Source: Promethearchaeota archaeon
GTDB taxonomy: Archaea; Asgardarchaeota; Lokiarchaeia; Sigyniarchaeales; SOKP01
NCBI GenBank assembly: GCA_048941015.1
Contig: JBHLNZ010000025.1
Location: forward strand, 1,591 to 44,452
Direction of reading: 5' to 3'
Length of the DNA stretch: 42,862 nt
Part shown: piece by piece, positions 28,888-37,897 of the stretch
How the letters are laid out: each line of letters opens with the position of its first letter
How positions within the stretch are numbered: position 1 is the first letter of the stretch
Position numbers and translations under genes: made by a program
The notes under the pieces: generated by a model
Database searches by the model: none
Told to the model about the DNA's origin: nothing
Seen by the model: only the letters and a program-made list of their open reading frames with translations

Positions 28888-29619
28888 TTGATTTTTATGG
28901 CGGATTTTCATACTAAAACTTTTTATGGCCAAAAATCAAGTTTAACCATTACAAGTCCAGCAAAGATGGTTCCATATATTTTTTTGAGTTGTATTCACAG
29001 AAAGGAAGATGGATCATGGGAGCAAACGATTAAAGGAGAAGGAAAAACTGTAAAATTATCAATTGAAGAAATTATATGCATTCTTGAAGTCCTTAATAGA
29101 AAAAGTGCAAATTGGAGAGGTTATCATGTTTTTAAAGAACGAAAGACTGAGATTTATGTTGGATGGGAAGATGAATCACGAAAAGTTATCCAAGTCAAAA
29201 TCGGTGATTATAAGAAGAAATTAAGATTTCCAAATTTAAATTTCATTACCTTATTACTTGAGCATATTTTACTTGAGAAAATTGAATTTGCTACAAGTGG
29301 GACTTTTGAAACAAAACTAAAAGAAGAAAAGGAAGATGAAGAGAGTGAGTATGGACTATTTTCAGAACACATAACTGCTAGGGATGGATTGCAAGTAGTA
29401 GAAACCACAGAATACGGAGTAACGCATAAAACAATAGAAATAAATGCAGAAATTAAGGTTGAAAGTCCAAAAGCCTTGTTAATAACTTTAGATTCAGGAG
29501 AGGAATTTTGGTTGCCTAAAAGTACAATTCATTCATCTTTTGATGTAAATGAAAAAAATAAATTTCAAAAATTAATTGTAGATCAATGGATTATCGAAAA
29601 AAATAAAATACTTAAATGA
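28888..29619 (+). CDS. Two-domain hypothetical protein (N-terminal Whirly/PC4-like, C-terminal small beta domain)
   Basis: Long ORF with an acidic linker; C-terminal ESPKALLI..FWLPKSTI..QWII. The likely start is ATG 28897. The fold call is tentative. Confidence 0.6.
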   Translation: MIFMADFHTKTFYGQKSSLTITSPAKMVPYIFLSCIHRKEDGSWEQTIKGEGKTVKLSIEEIICILEVLNRKSANWRGYHVFKERKTEIYVGWEDESRKVIQVKIGDYKKKLRFPNLNFITLLLEHILLEKIEFATSGTFETKLKEEKEDEESEYGLFSEHITARDGLQVVETTEYGVTHKTIEINAEIKVESPKALLITLDSGEEFWLPKSTIHSSFDVNEKNKFQKLIVDQWIIEKNKILK

Positions 29620-29784
29620 ATAAAAAGAAAATATATCAAAAATTTTATGGGAAACCTATTTTCTTAAACTTAGTCTTATTAGTTTTAAATTTAGGATTAC
29701 TTATATCAAAGATAATATGAAATGAAATAAAAATTAATATTATTACGAAATTTAATTTAATAATTATTCTTTTAAGAGATTTTT

Positions 29785-30615
29785 ATGGAATTAAGTATTG
29801 ATAATTTGAAAAATATTGCATTAATGGTCTATAAGAAAATTCATCCTTTAATAGGAATGAAAGAAGCAGCTCAAAAGTCAGAATTAGGTGCTGGAGGAGA
29901 TATAACTATGCTTATAGATACTGTTGCAGAAAATGTTATTATCGAATCTTTAAAGCAACTAAATGTAGATATCTTATTAATAAGTGAAGAGATAGGTGAA
30001 ATATTCATTGGAAATCGTGATAGAGCAATAAAAAGTAAAAGAGTTCTAATTGTAGATCCTTTAGATGGCTCAAATAATGCAGTTAGAGGGATTCCATATA
30101 GTTCTGTATCTTTAGCATATGCGGAAGGAACTCATATGAAAGATATTATAAAAGCAGTAATTATTGATATATATACTAAGGATGTTTACTGGGCAGTAAA
30201 GAATAAAGGAGCATTCTTAAATAATAATCCTATTTCTGTATCTGAAATAGATATAACAGAGAAATGTTTCTTTGAGTTAAACCTTCCAATGAAAAATTTA
30301 TTTACGTATATTAATAAATTAGCTCCTATAATTAAAAGATTTTATCGTGTTAGAATTTTAGGGAGTAGCGCTTTAACATTATGCCATATAGCGAAAGGAA
30401 GTATGGAAGCTTTTATTAATTTAAGAACCAGTAATAGATTGGTGGATGTTGCCGCAGGATTTTTAATTCTAAAGGAAGCTGGTGGAAAAATTTTTTCAAT
30501 AAATGGAACTGCTATTGATAGGGAGTTATCTATAAACACTAAATTCCCTTTTGTAGCTTGTAATGCAAAAATTGAGCTTCTTTTAAAAGAAATGATGACT
30601 TCAGAGCGACTATGA
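29785..30615 (+). CDS. suhB: Inositol monophosphatase / FBPase class IV (bifunctional archaeal type)
   Basis: GAGGDIT..ID..AE, ISEE, VDPLDGSNNA, RILGSSAL, DVAAG..ILKEAGG. Confidence 0.9.
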   Translation: MELSIDNLKNIALMVYKKIHPLIGMKEAAQKSELGAGGDITMLIDTVAENVIIESLKQLNVDILLISEEIGEIFIGNRDRAIKSKRVLIVDPLDGSNNAVRGIPYSSVSLAYAEGTHMKDIIKAVIIDIYTKDVYWAVKNKGAFLNNNPISVSEIDITEKCFFELNLPMKNLFTYINKLAPIIKRFYRVRILGSSALTLCHIAKGSMEAFINLRTSNRLVDVAAGFLILKEAGGKIFSINGTAIDRELSINTKFPFVACNAKIELLLKEMMTSERL

Positions 30616-30651
30616 TTAGTTTTTGAGAACCAAAGGTTAGAGGATTAAAAA

Positions 30652-31254
30652 ATGAGAGAAATGAATCGATTATCTCGAGAATTTTTTAATAGAGAGACTC
30701 AAAGTGTAGCTAAAGACTTAATAGGAAAATACCTTGTTAGAAAAATACCTGATAGCATCCTTATAGGTAAAATAATTGAAGTTGAGGCTTATCTTGGTCC
30801 TAATGATAAAGCTTGTCATACTTATAATTATAAAAAAACCGAAAAGACAAAAACTATGTATCTTAAACCAGGTACGCTATATATTTATTTCATTTATGGT
30901 ATGTATTTTTGTCTTAATGTTATCACAGAACCAGAAGGAATACCTTGTGCGGTTCTAATAAGGCAATTATATCCTATTGAAGGAATCGAAATTATGAAAG
31001 AAAATAGAAAAGTAAGGATTGGAATGAATTATAAAAATTTATTAGATGGACCTAGCAAATTATGTATGGCTATGAACATTACAAAAAATCATTTCAATGG
31101 AAAGGATTCATGTGCTTCAAATTCTGAACTCTTTTTTACAGAAGGGGAAAAAGTTTCTCAGGAAAGTATAGTTATGGGGAAGAGAATTGGAATCGAATAT
31201 GCTGAAGAAGATCAAGAACGTTTATTACGTTATACATTATTAGAAAATATCTAA
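30652..31254 (+). CDS. mpg: 3-methyladenine DNA glycosylase (AAG/MPG family)
   Basis: VAKDLIGK, IIEVEAYLG..DKACH, YIYFIYGMYFCLNV, AVLIR, GPSKLC, RIGI. Confidence 0.95.
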   Translation: MREMNRLSREFFNRETQSVAKDLIGKYLVRKIPDSILIGKIIEVEAYLGPNDKACHTYNYKKTEKTKTMYLKPGTLYIYFIYGMYFCLNVITEPEGIPCAVLIRQLYPIEGIEIMKENRKVRIGMNYKNLLDGPSKLCMAMNITKNHFNGKDSCASNSELFFTEGEKVSQESIVMGKRIGIEYAEEDQERLLRYTLLENI

Positions 31255-31431
31255 TTTCGGGTATCATTTTAATTTACCCAATTTATCATTCCAGTTTTTC
31301 GCGTGAAATATTTTATATATGAGCATAATACTTTGCTTTATTTTTAATAAAAATCAATATATTTAAATATCAAATCTTTGACTTTTCATTTAGTTAGAAT
31401 AATTATTCATAATATAATATAGGTTAATTTT

Positions 31432-31881
31432 ATGGGAAAAGACGCATTAAAATTTTTTCATGCATACATTAATGAAATGATTGATGTAGGTGGAGAAAAT
31501 TTACCAAGAGCAGTAAGTACAAAATTGGGAGGGAAATTGGGGAGTTTATATAAAAACAGAGGGTATAATGATTTAGAAAGCGCCTTAAAACAAATATATA
31601 AAGTTTTGGGTGCTAAGCCAAAAATCAAAAAAATAGGCGAAAATATATATGATATAAAAATAAAACACTCGAAGAGATTCTGTCCAATAGGGGGCAAAAG
31701 CAATCCAAATCAAGCCAAAATAATTCAAGTTAATATTTGCTACCCATATACAAAGAGTTTTTTAAACGCTCTATTTCCAAATTGGCATTTTAATGCAGAA
31801 ATAAAGCATTGTATTGTAGCTAATAGTTTTAATAATTATTGTCATTATACACTTGAAATAAAAGAGAAAAATAATCACTAA
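31432..31881 (+). CDS. MetOD1 / V4R-like small sensory domain protein
   Basis: Helical N-terminus, FCPIG, ICxxxxxF, HCIV..YC: the Cys pattern of MetOD1/V4R-like domains. Confidence 0.6.
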   Translation: MGKDALKFFHAYINEMIDVGGENLPRAVSTKLGGKLGSLYKNRGYNDLESALKQIYKVLGAKPKIKKIGENIYDIKIKHSKRFCPIGGKSNPNQAKIIQVNICYPYTKSFLNALFPNWHFNAEIKHCIVANSFNNYCHYTLEIKEKNNH

Positions 31882-31982
31882 TTATTGAATTTATACTATT
31901 TTTTAGGATATTTCGATTAAATATCCATCATTTCAATATTACCACTAAATAATTTTATATTTTATATTGAATTATTCATCTT

Positions 31983-32287
31983 GGACAACCTGGGCAACGT
32001 CTGAAGTCCCTATGCTGGACGGACCGCAAAATGCTCATAGCGGAAATTGCCCGATTTAAGGTCTTATGAGTTGTTGGTATCCAATTTTATATTCCGTCGA
32101 AGTGCTCCCTATAATGGTGGGTGCTTGTGGCGTTATCTTCTGTAGGGAAGATATAAGCCCGTAATTGCGAACCCGGCCAGGCCAGGGATGGAGCAGCCGT
32201 AAGTATAGGTGTTCACGCTTTATAGTAAGGGCATGGAGGGGTATATTATCTGGTCATATCTACAGAATTAAGATCGAGGATCGGGTT
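31983..32287 (+). ncRNA. ffs: Archaeal signal recognition particle RNA (7S RNA)
   Basis: GC-rich island of ~305 nt. Helix 8 CGGC-CAGG-CCA-GGGA-TGG-AGCA-GCCG, helix 6 ATCTTCT-GTAG-GGAAGAT, Alu hairpins CGTCTG/TGGACG and CCGC/GCGG with complementary loops (TATG/CATA), 5'/3' pairing AACCTGG/TCGGGTT. Upstream TTTATAT and downstream oligo-T. Ends are approximate. Confidence 0.93.
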
Positions 32288-32293
32288 TTTTTT
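32286..32293 (+). terminator. Oligo-T terminator of SRP RNA
   Basis: T8 run directly after the 3' strand of helix 1. Confidence 0.6.
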
Positions 32294-32459
32294 ATACTTT
32301 TTCTTTAGCGATTAATTTCTTATTTAGATCTCTTTTAATTATTGAAATAAATTCTTTAGTATCTGGAAAGATATATACTATATTATCTCCATCGTCTTCA
32401 ATAGTTATTTCTCTTATATACTTGCCTTCAACCTTAGTTTTCATATCATTCAGAATCAT
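32292..32459 (-). CDS. Small hypothetical protein
   Basis: MILNDMKTKVEGKYIREITIEDDGDNIVYIFPDTKEFISIIKRDLNKKLIAKEKV looks protein-like; start is uncertain. Confidence 0.5.
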   Translation of the reverse strand: MILNDMKTKVEGKYIREITIEDDGDNIVYIFPDTKEFISIIKRDLNKKLIAKEKV

Positions 32460-32624
32460 AATAAAGTAAATCAAAACGAGCTTCAAAAAAGCTCATAATA
32501 TCGACATAATATAGGTTGGAATTATAGAGATTTTAAGCATAATAATTAATTGGAGCTAAAATTAAATTGAGATCTAAAATTATGAAAATTAATTAAAATA
32601 TAAATCAATTAATATTATTTAACA

Positions 32625-33728
32625 ATGTCAAATGAAATTGTTTATGTTGAAGCTCGGATCTTAGAAAATTTTATGAGAGACGTTTTCATTGGATTAGACG
32701 TTCCACCAGATGATGCAAAAATAATAGCAGAAGTCTTGATTACTTCAGATCTTAGAGGAATTGAATCTCATGGAATACAACGGTGTAAAATGTATTATGA
32801 CCGTATAAAAGAAGGGATATACGAAACAAAAACTAAGATCGATGTCATTAAAGATGGACCGACTACTGCTTTATGGGATGGAAATTGCGGTATGGGACAT
32901 GTTATTGCGTACAACGCTATGAAAACTGCAATAGAGAAAGCTCGAAAGTATGGATTAGGTGCAGTAGCCGTTAGAAATTCCACACATTTCGGAATTGCAG
33001 GATATTACTCCCTCATGGCGATAAAGGAAGGAATGATAGGACTAGCAGTAACTAACGCACGTCCCTCTATTCCGCCTACTTTTGGAGTTGAACCAATGTT
33101 AGGAACTAATCCTCTTACTGTTGGAGCTCCTACAGATGAAGGATTTCCATTTCTTATTGATTGTGCAACTTCAATTATACAGAGGGGGAAAGTAGAGGTT
33201 TATAGTAGAATAAATAAATCTTTACCAGAAAATACTGTTATAAATGATAATGGAGAAACTATAACAAATCCCAATAAAATATTAGAAGCAATGCTTCATA
33301 GGAAAGCAGCATTACTACCTTTAGGAGGAAAAGGTGAAGATACTGCTGGTTATAAAGGATATGGGTATGCGACTGTGGTCGAACTTTTATCTGCAGCTTT
33401 ACAAGAGGGAATTTATCTTAGAGATACACTTGGAATTGAAGAAAACGGGCAAAAAAGGCTTAAAGTGGGTCATTTCTTTCTAGCTATGAATACCGATTCT
33501 TTTATTGGACTTAATTCATTTAAGAAGACTGCGGGTAATATTATGAGGGAATTGAGAAGTTCTAAAAAGGATCCTTCAGCAGAAAAAATTTACACAGCAG
33601 GAGAAAAAGAACATTTAGCTGAAAAAGAAAGGAAAAGAATAGGAATTCCCTTGAACGAGAGCCTTCAAATTGATATAAGAGTTATGCAAAAAGAGCTAAA
33701 TCTCAAAGATTATAATTTTCCATTCTAA
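32625..33728 (+). CDS. Ldh_2 family (malate/L-lactate/sulfolactate) oxidoreductase, paralog 1
   Basis: SDLRGIESHG, VRNSTHFGIAGYY, GTNPL, DCATS, GYKGYG, GHFFLA, YTAGEKE. Confidence 0.93.
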   Translation: MSNEIVYVEARILENFMRDVFIGLDVPPDDAKIIAEVLITSDLRGIESHGIQRCKMYYDRIKEGIYETKTKIDVIKDGPTTALWDGNCGMGHVIAYNAMKTAIEKARKYGLGAVAVRNSTHFGIAGYYSLMAIKEGMIGLAVTNARPSIPPTFGVEPMLGTNPLTVGAPTDEGFPFLIDCATSIIQRGKVEVYSRINKSLPENTVINDNGETITNPNKILEAMLHRKAALLPLGGKGEDTAGYKGYGYATVVELLSAALQEGIYLRDTLGIEENGQKRLKVGHFFLAMNTDSFIGLNSFKKTAGNIMRELRSSKKDPSAEKIYTAGEKEHLAEKERKRIGIPLNESLQIDIRVMQKELNLKDYNFPF

Positions 33729-33965
33729 TTACTTAATTATGACAAGAATGTCTAATTAGTCATTCTTTAAATTATTTTGAATATTTTTAATAATAATCCT
33801 ATAATTTTTGCTTTTTACGTCATTTCGGATCGTTTCCTCTTAATAACTATAAATTATCATTGTTAAATTAAGAGTTTCACTAACTTTCACCTTATATTAA
33901 ATAGGATTTTAATTAAATAGAAGGTAATTAAATTATTTACACCAATGATTTTTTTGTGATTTTGA

Positions 33966-35108
33966 ATGCATACTACAAAAGCTAAAGATAATAGTATAAA
34001 AATTTCTAATGAAGAAATTTACTATATCAAACCAAATATTCTTAAATCTTTTATTAAGGACGTTTTCCTCAAACTTGGAGTACCTAAAAAAGATACAGAT
34101 ATTATTGCAGATGTCTTATTAACTTCAGATCTAAGGGGTATTGATTCTCACGGAATCCAAAGATGCAAAATGTATTATGACCGCATAAAGCAAGGAATCT
34201 ACAATCCAAAAACTAAAATAAAAATAGTCAAAGATACTCCTACTACAGCAGTAATAGATGGAGGTTGTGGAATGGGTCCAGTAATTGGTTATTTCTCAAT
34301 GAATTTAGCAATCAAAAAAGCTAAGAAGTATGGTTTAGGTGCTGTTGCTGTCAGAAACTCAACGCATTTTGGAATAGCAGGTTATTATTCCCTTATGGCA
34401 ATAAAAAAAGGCATGATCGGAATTACAACAACAAATGCTAGACCTGCAGTACCACCTACTTTTGGTGTAGAACCTATGCTAGGAACGAATCCTCTGACTG
34501 CTGGTGTTCCTACTGACGAAAAATTTCCCTTTTTAATAGATTGTGCTACATCGATTATACAAAGAGGTAAGGTGGAAGTATACAAAAGAATCCATAAAAC
34601 TTTACCTGATGGAGTAATAATAACTAAAAATGGAATAACTGAAAATAATCCTACAGAAGTATTACATGATCTTGAAGAGAATACTGCAGCTTTATTACCC
34701 TTAGGAGGAGAAGGTGAAAATACTTCTGGTTATAAGGGATATGGGTATGCAACATTAGTAGAAATTTTATCATCTGCTTTACAGAATGGAGTTTTCCTTA
34801 AGGAAACTGCAGGGGTTATTGAAGAAGGTAAGAAAAAGTTAAAAGTTGGACATTTTTTCTTAGTTATTAATATTGAGAATTTTACTCAGTTAAACAAGTT
34901 TAAGATAAATGCTGGAAATATTATGAGATGTTTAAGAAGATCTAAAAAAGCCCCTGGAAGAGATCGTATATATACAGCTGGTGAAAAAGAATATGAAAAT
35001 GAAAAAGAAAGGCGAGAATTAGGTGTACCGCTTAATAAAAGTTTGCAAGATGATATCAAGATAATGCAAACTGAACTCGGTTTAGATAAATATATTTTCC
35101 CTTTTTAA
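33966..35108 (+). CDS. Ldh_2 family oxidoreductase, paralog 2
   Basis: Same motifs as the upstream paralog (SDLRGIDSHG, RNSTHFG, GTNPL, GYKGYG). Confidence 0.93.
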   Translation: MHTTKAKDNSIKISNEEIYYIKPNILKSFIKDVFLKLGVPKKDTDIIADVLLTSDLRGIDSHGIQRCKMYYDRIKQGIYNPKTKIKIVKDTPTTAVIDGGCGMGPVIGYFSMNLAIKKAKKYGLGAVAVRNSTHFGIAGYYSLMAIKKGMIGITTTNARPAVPPTFGVEPMLGTNPLTAGVPTDEKFPFLIDCATSIIQRGKVEVYKRIHKTLPDGVIITKNGITENNPTEVLHDLEENTAALLPLGGEGENTSGYKGYGYATLVEILSSALQNGVFLKETAGVIEEGKKKLKVGHFFLVINIENFTQLNKFKINAGNIMRCLRRSKKAPGRDRIYTAGEKEYENEKERRELGVPLNKSLQDDIKIMQTELGLDKYIFPF

Positions 35109-36571
35109 TGTAATTCCTCTTTATGAAAAATTTCACCGTTGGTTCGACCTTTTAAAGGTTCTGTATGAAAGATTATCTCCTTTAATTCTTCAATATTTAG
35201 TTTTTTCTTTACTTTTTTCTCTAATTTAGTTACAATATTATGAACATAAGAAATATTCAAATCTCCATTAAAAAAAATATGTACTTCCAATACACAGAAA
35301 TCAGAAGTGGACCAGAATTCAAATCCATGATATCCTTTAATTTCTGGCTGTGTTTTAAGAATTTCTTCAAAATTTTTTTTAATTAAATTTAATTCATCTT
35401 CTTCAAATCTCCTACAAGTAAATTGTTGTGTTAAAAGGCTTTCATCTACAGTGCCTGATTCAATATGTGTAATTAAACGAGAAATAGTTGGTTCCTCTTT
35501 TTTCAATTCTTCTTCAAAATTATTACAAATAAGATGGGCTTCATCAAGAGTTAAGTTCTTATCAACTACTATTGTTATTGAAAGAAAATATGTATCTTCA
35601 ATTCTAAATACATTTAAATCTTTGAATTCTAAAATTTCATGAAATTCTGTTTTCATAGAATGAAGTAAATTAATTATTTTATCGCCTAAGGAAATTTCTC
35701 CACTTAGTGGATTCATCTCAATAATAGTTTCAACTTTATAATGTGGGAAATATATTTTAGACATTGACGATATCGCTTTAGTAATATCATTGGCATGGAT
35801 TATTGATATATGATCTTCAACAGAGAGGCGTACATCTATAAATAATTCATTTCCACTACCTCGAACTTTAAGATCCTCGACAGCATTTACATGTTCTAAT
35901 TGGAAAATCTTTTGTTTAATCTCTTCTATAATCAAAGAATTAATAGGATTTACATCAGTTAAATCAATTATACCTTTCTTAAGAAGCATAGCAGCACTGA
36001 AAATGATCCAAATCGAAACAATTATACTAAAGATTGGATCTAAAAAGGTAATTTTAAAGAAGATTACTAGTATAAAGCTAATTAAAACTATAATTGCTCG
36101 TAAAGAATCCTGAAATAAATTTAAACCTTGTACTTGAAGTGATAAAGAATTTCTTTTTTTTCCTTGCCATATCAAAATTCTTGAAAAAACCACATTAATT
36201 GAAAAAGATATGATTAATATTTGAAGTCCAAAATTGGGATTATTTACGCTATATAATTGGTTCATTATGACTTCAATGGCATTTATAATTAGAAAAAAGT
36301 ATGTAGTAATTAGGAATACGCCTTGTATCATAGCGCCAATTGAATCCATTTTAGAATGTCCATACATATGTTCATAATCAGGAGGTTGTAGACTTAGATA
36401 TATTGAATAAATCGTTAAAAACACAAAAACTATATCCGATAAAGTATCTACAGTTTCAGATAAAAAGCTCAAACTGCCTGTTATTAATACTCCAATTAAT
36501 TTTAAAATAGACTGGAGTATAATTATTAAAAATGCAATAATTCCAAACTTGAGTTTAATATTCATTTTCAA
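35105..36571 (-). CDS. Cation diffusion facilitator with three C-terminal dimerisation-type domains
   Basis: TGSLSFLSETVDTLSD, PPDYEHMYGHSKMD, LDPI; 6 TM segments; three CTD-like repeats (..AH.I...E, ending IEMNP / HIES / HTEP). Confidence 0.9.
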   Translation of the reverse strand: MKMNIKLKFGIIAFLIIILQSILKLIGVLITGSLSFLSETVDTLSDIVFVFLTIYSIYLSLQPPDYEHMYGHSKMDSIGAMIQGVFLITTYFFLIINAIEVIMNQLYSVNNPNFGLQILIISFSINVVFSRILIWQGKKRNSLSLQVQGLNLFQDSLRAIIVLISFILVIFFKITFLDPIFSIIVSIWIIFSAAMLLKKGIIDLTDVNPINSLIIEEIKQKIFQLEHVNAVEDLKVRGSGNELFIDVRLSVEDHISIIHANDITKAISSMSKIYFPHYKVETIIEMNPLSGEISLGDKIINLLHSMKTEFHEILEFKDLNVFRIEDTYFLSITIVVDKNLTLDEAHLICNNFEEELKKEEPTISRLITHIESGTVDESLLTQQFTCRRFEEDELNLIKKNFEEILKTQPEIKGYHGFEFWSTSDFCVLEVHIFFNGDLNISYVHNIVTKLEKKVKKKLNIEELKEIIFHTEPLKGRTNGEIFHKEELH

Positions 36572-36664
36572 AAAATTAAAAAAAACTCAATTAAAAATTT
36601 TGAATTAAGAATTAAAGATAAAGTTTTACTTAAGAAAAATAAAAAATTAGATTTATAATTATTA

Positions 36665-37897
36665 TTACAATTGTCTTGGGACTGTGATTTCGATATCCGA
36701 AATAGGATAAGAAGCACAAGGATGAATATAGTTGAATTTTTTGTCTGCTTCTCTACGCCAATCTGATATGGGACTTATAAAGACTTGACCGGATATGAGC
36801 AAAGAACGACAGAAGCCACACTCACCAGATCTGCATTTTGAAGGAGGAGCAAGGTTAGCTCTTTCCAATGCAACTAAAATAGATTCTATAGCCATAGCAG
36901 GAATCTGTTTTTGTAAATTGCCCATATTAACTTTTAAATTAAAAGTCTTTTCAGCAAGCTCCTGAGGAAAATCTGGAAAATTTAATATATCTTTAATTTC
37001 TCCAAATGCTTCTCTTCTTATCCTTTTTGGAGGTAAATTAAATTTCTGCATTTCTTTTTCAACGAAATTATACATAATCTGAGGTCCACAGATGAAAAAT
37101 GAGCAATCTTCTATATTACAATATTTTTTGATAATATCTGCAGTGATAAAACCTTGTTCACATCCTTCTAAAGAAACCTCTTCACAACTCAATACATATA
37201 TTACTTTAATTTTATCAGGAAATTTCTTTTCATATTCTTTAAATTCACTATAATAGATAATATCATCTTCTTCACTACTACCATATAATAAAGTTAATTT
37301 AGCATCTATAGTCCCTGCAATTATCGCTTTAGCTATAGAACGGAATGGTGTGATTCCGGATCCACCAGCAATCCCTACTATATTTTTTGAATCTCTTAAT
37401 GGTTCATAATAGAAAAATCCTTCAGGACCAGAACTTTCAACTTTAGTACCAACTTTCCAGTTATCAAATATATAATGGGTTAAAAAACCATGCTCTTCCT
37501 TTCGAATTGTGAGCTCATAATATCCATCTAAAGAATCGTTTGGAGAGGATGCAATAGAATAAGGCCTTGTTATCTCTACACCATTAATATTCACTTTAAG
37601 ACTCAAATATTGTCCTGGTCTGAAATAAGCCAATTCCTTTGTATTTAATTCAGGATCCGGTATAACTTTAAATGTTTTAGTTGTTTTGGTTTCTTGTTTT
37701 ATATCACTTATCTTTAAATATTGGCGTTCTGGATGGAGTTTCCTAGCAAGATCATTTATTAAATCTTTTGTAATTGGTTCTGCTGAAGCATTCTCTATTC
37801 GTTTTTTTCGTTCAGGAACTAATTTCGTAAAAGCAAACAAATCCTTTATATTGCTTCTTATAGTAACATTTAATCTTTCTTTTTCATCTTTACTCAC
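36665..37897 (-). CDS. FAD/NAD(P)H-binding (FNR-type) reductase with C-terminal [2Fe-2S] ferredoxin
   Basis: FRPGQYL, RPYSIASS, AGGSGITPF, FICGP, EAFG, CRSGECGFC...C. GTG start overlaps the upstream TGA, with an AGGTGA SD. Confidence 0.93.
   Translation of the reverse strand: MSKDEKERLNVTIRSNIKDLFAFTKLVPERKKRIENASAEPITKDLINDLARKLHPERQYLKISDIKQETKTTKTFKVIPDPELNTKELAYFRPGQYLSLKVNINGVEITRPYSIASSPNDSLDGYYELTIRKEEHGFLTHYIFDNWKVGTKVESSGPEGFFYYEPLRDSKNIVGIAGGSGITPFRSIAKAIIAGTIDAKLTLLYGSSEEDDIIYYSEFKEYEKKFPDKIKVIYVLSCEEVSLEGCEQGFITADIIKKYCNIEDCSFFICGPQIMYNFVEKEMQKFNLPPKRIRREAFGEIKDILNFPDFPQELAEKTFNLKVNMGNLQKQIPAMAIESILVALERANLAPPSKCRSGECGFCRSLLISGQVFISPISDWRREADKKFNYIHPCASYPISDIEITVPRQL

Noticed and set aside
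31983-32287. GC-rich island first considered as a novel ncRNA, tRNA or mobile element end
   Set aside because: Fully explained as archaeal SRP RNA (helix 6, helix 8 and Alu domain).
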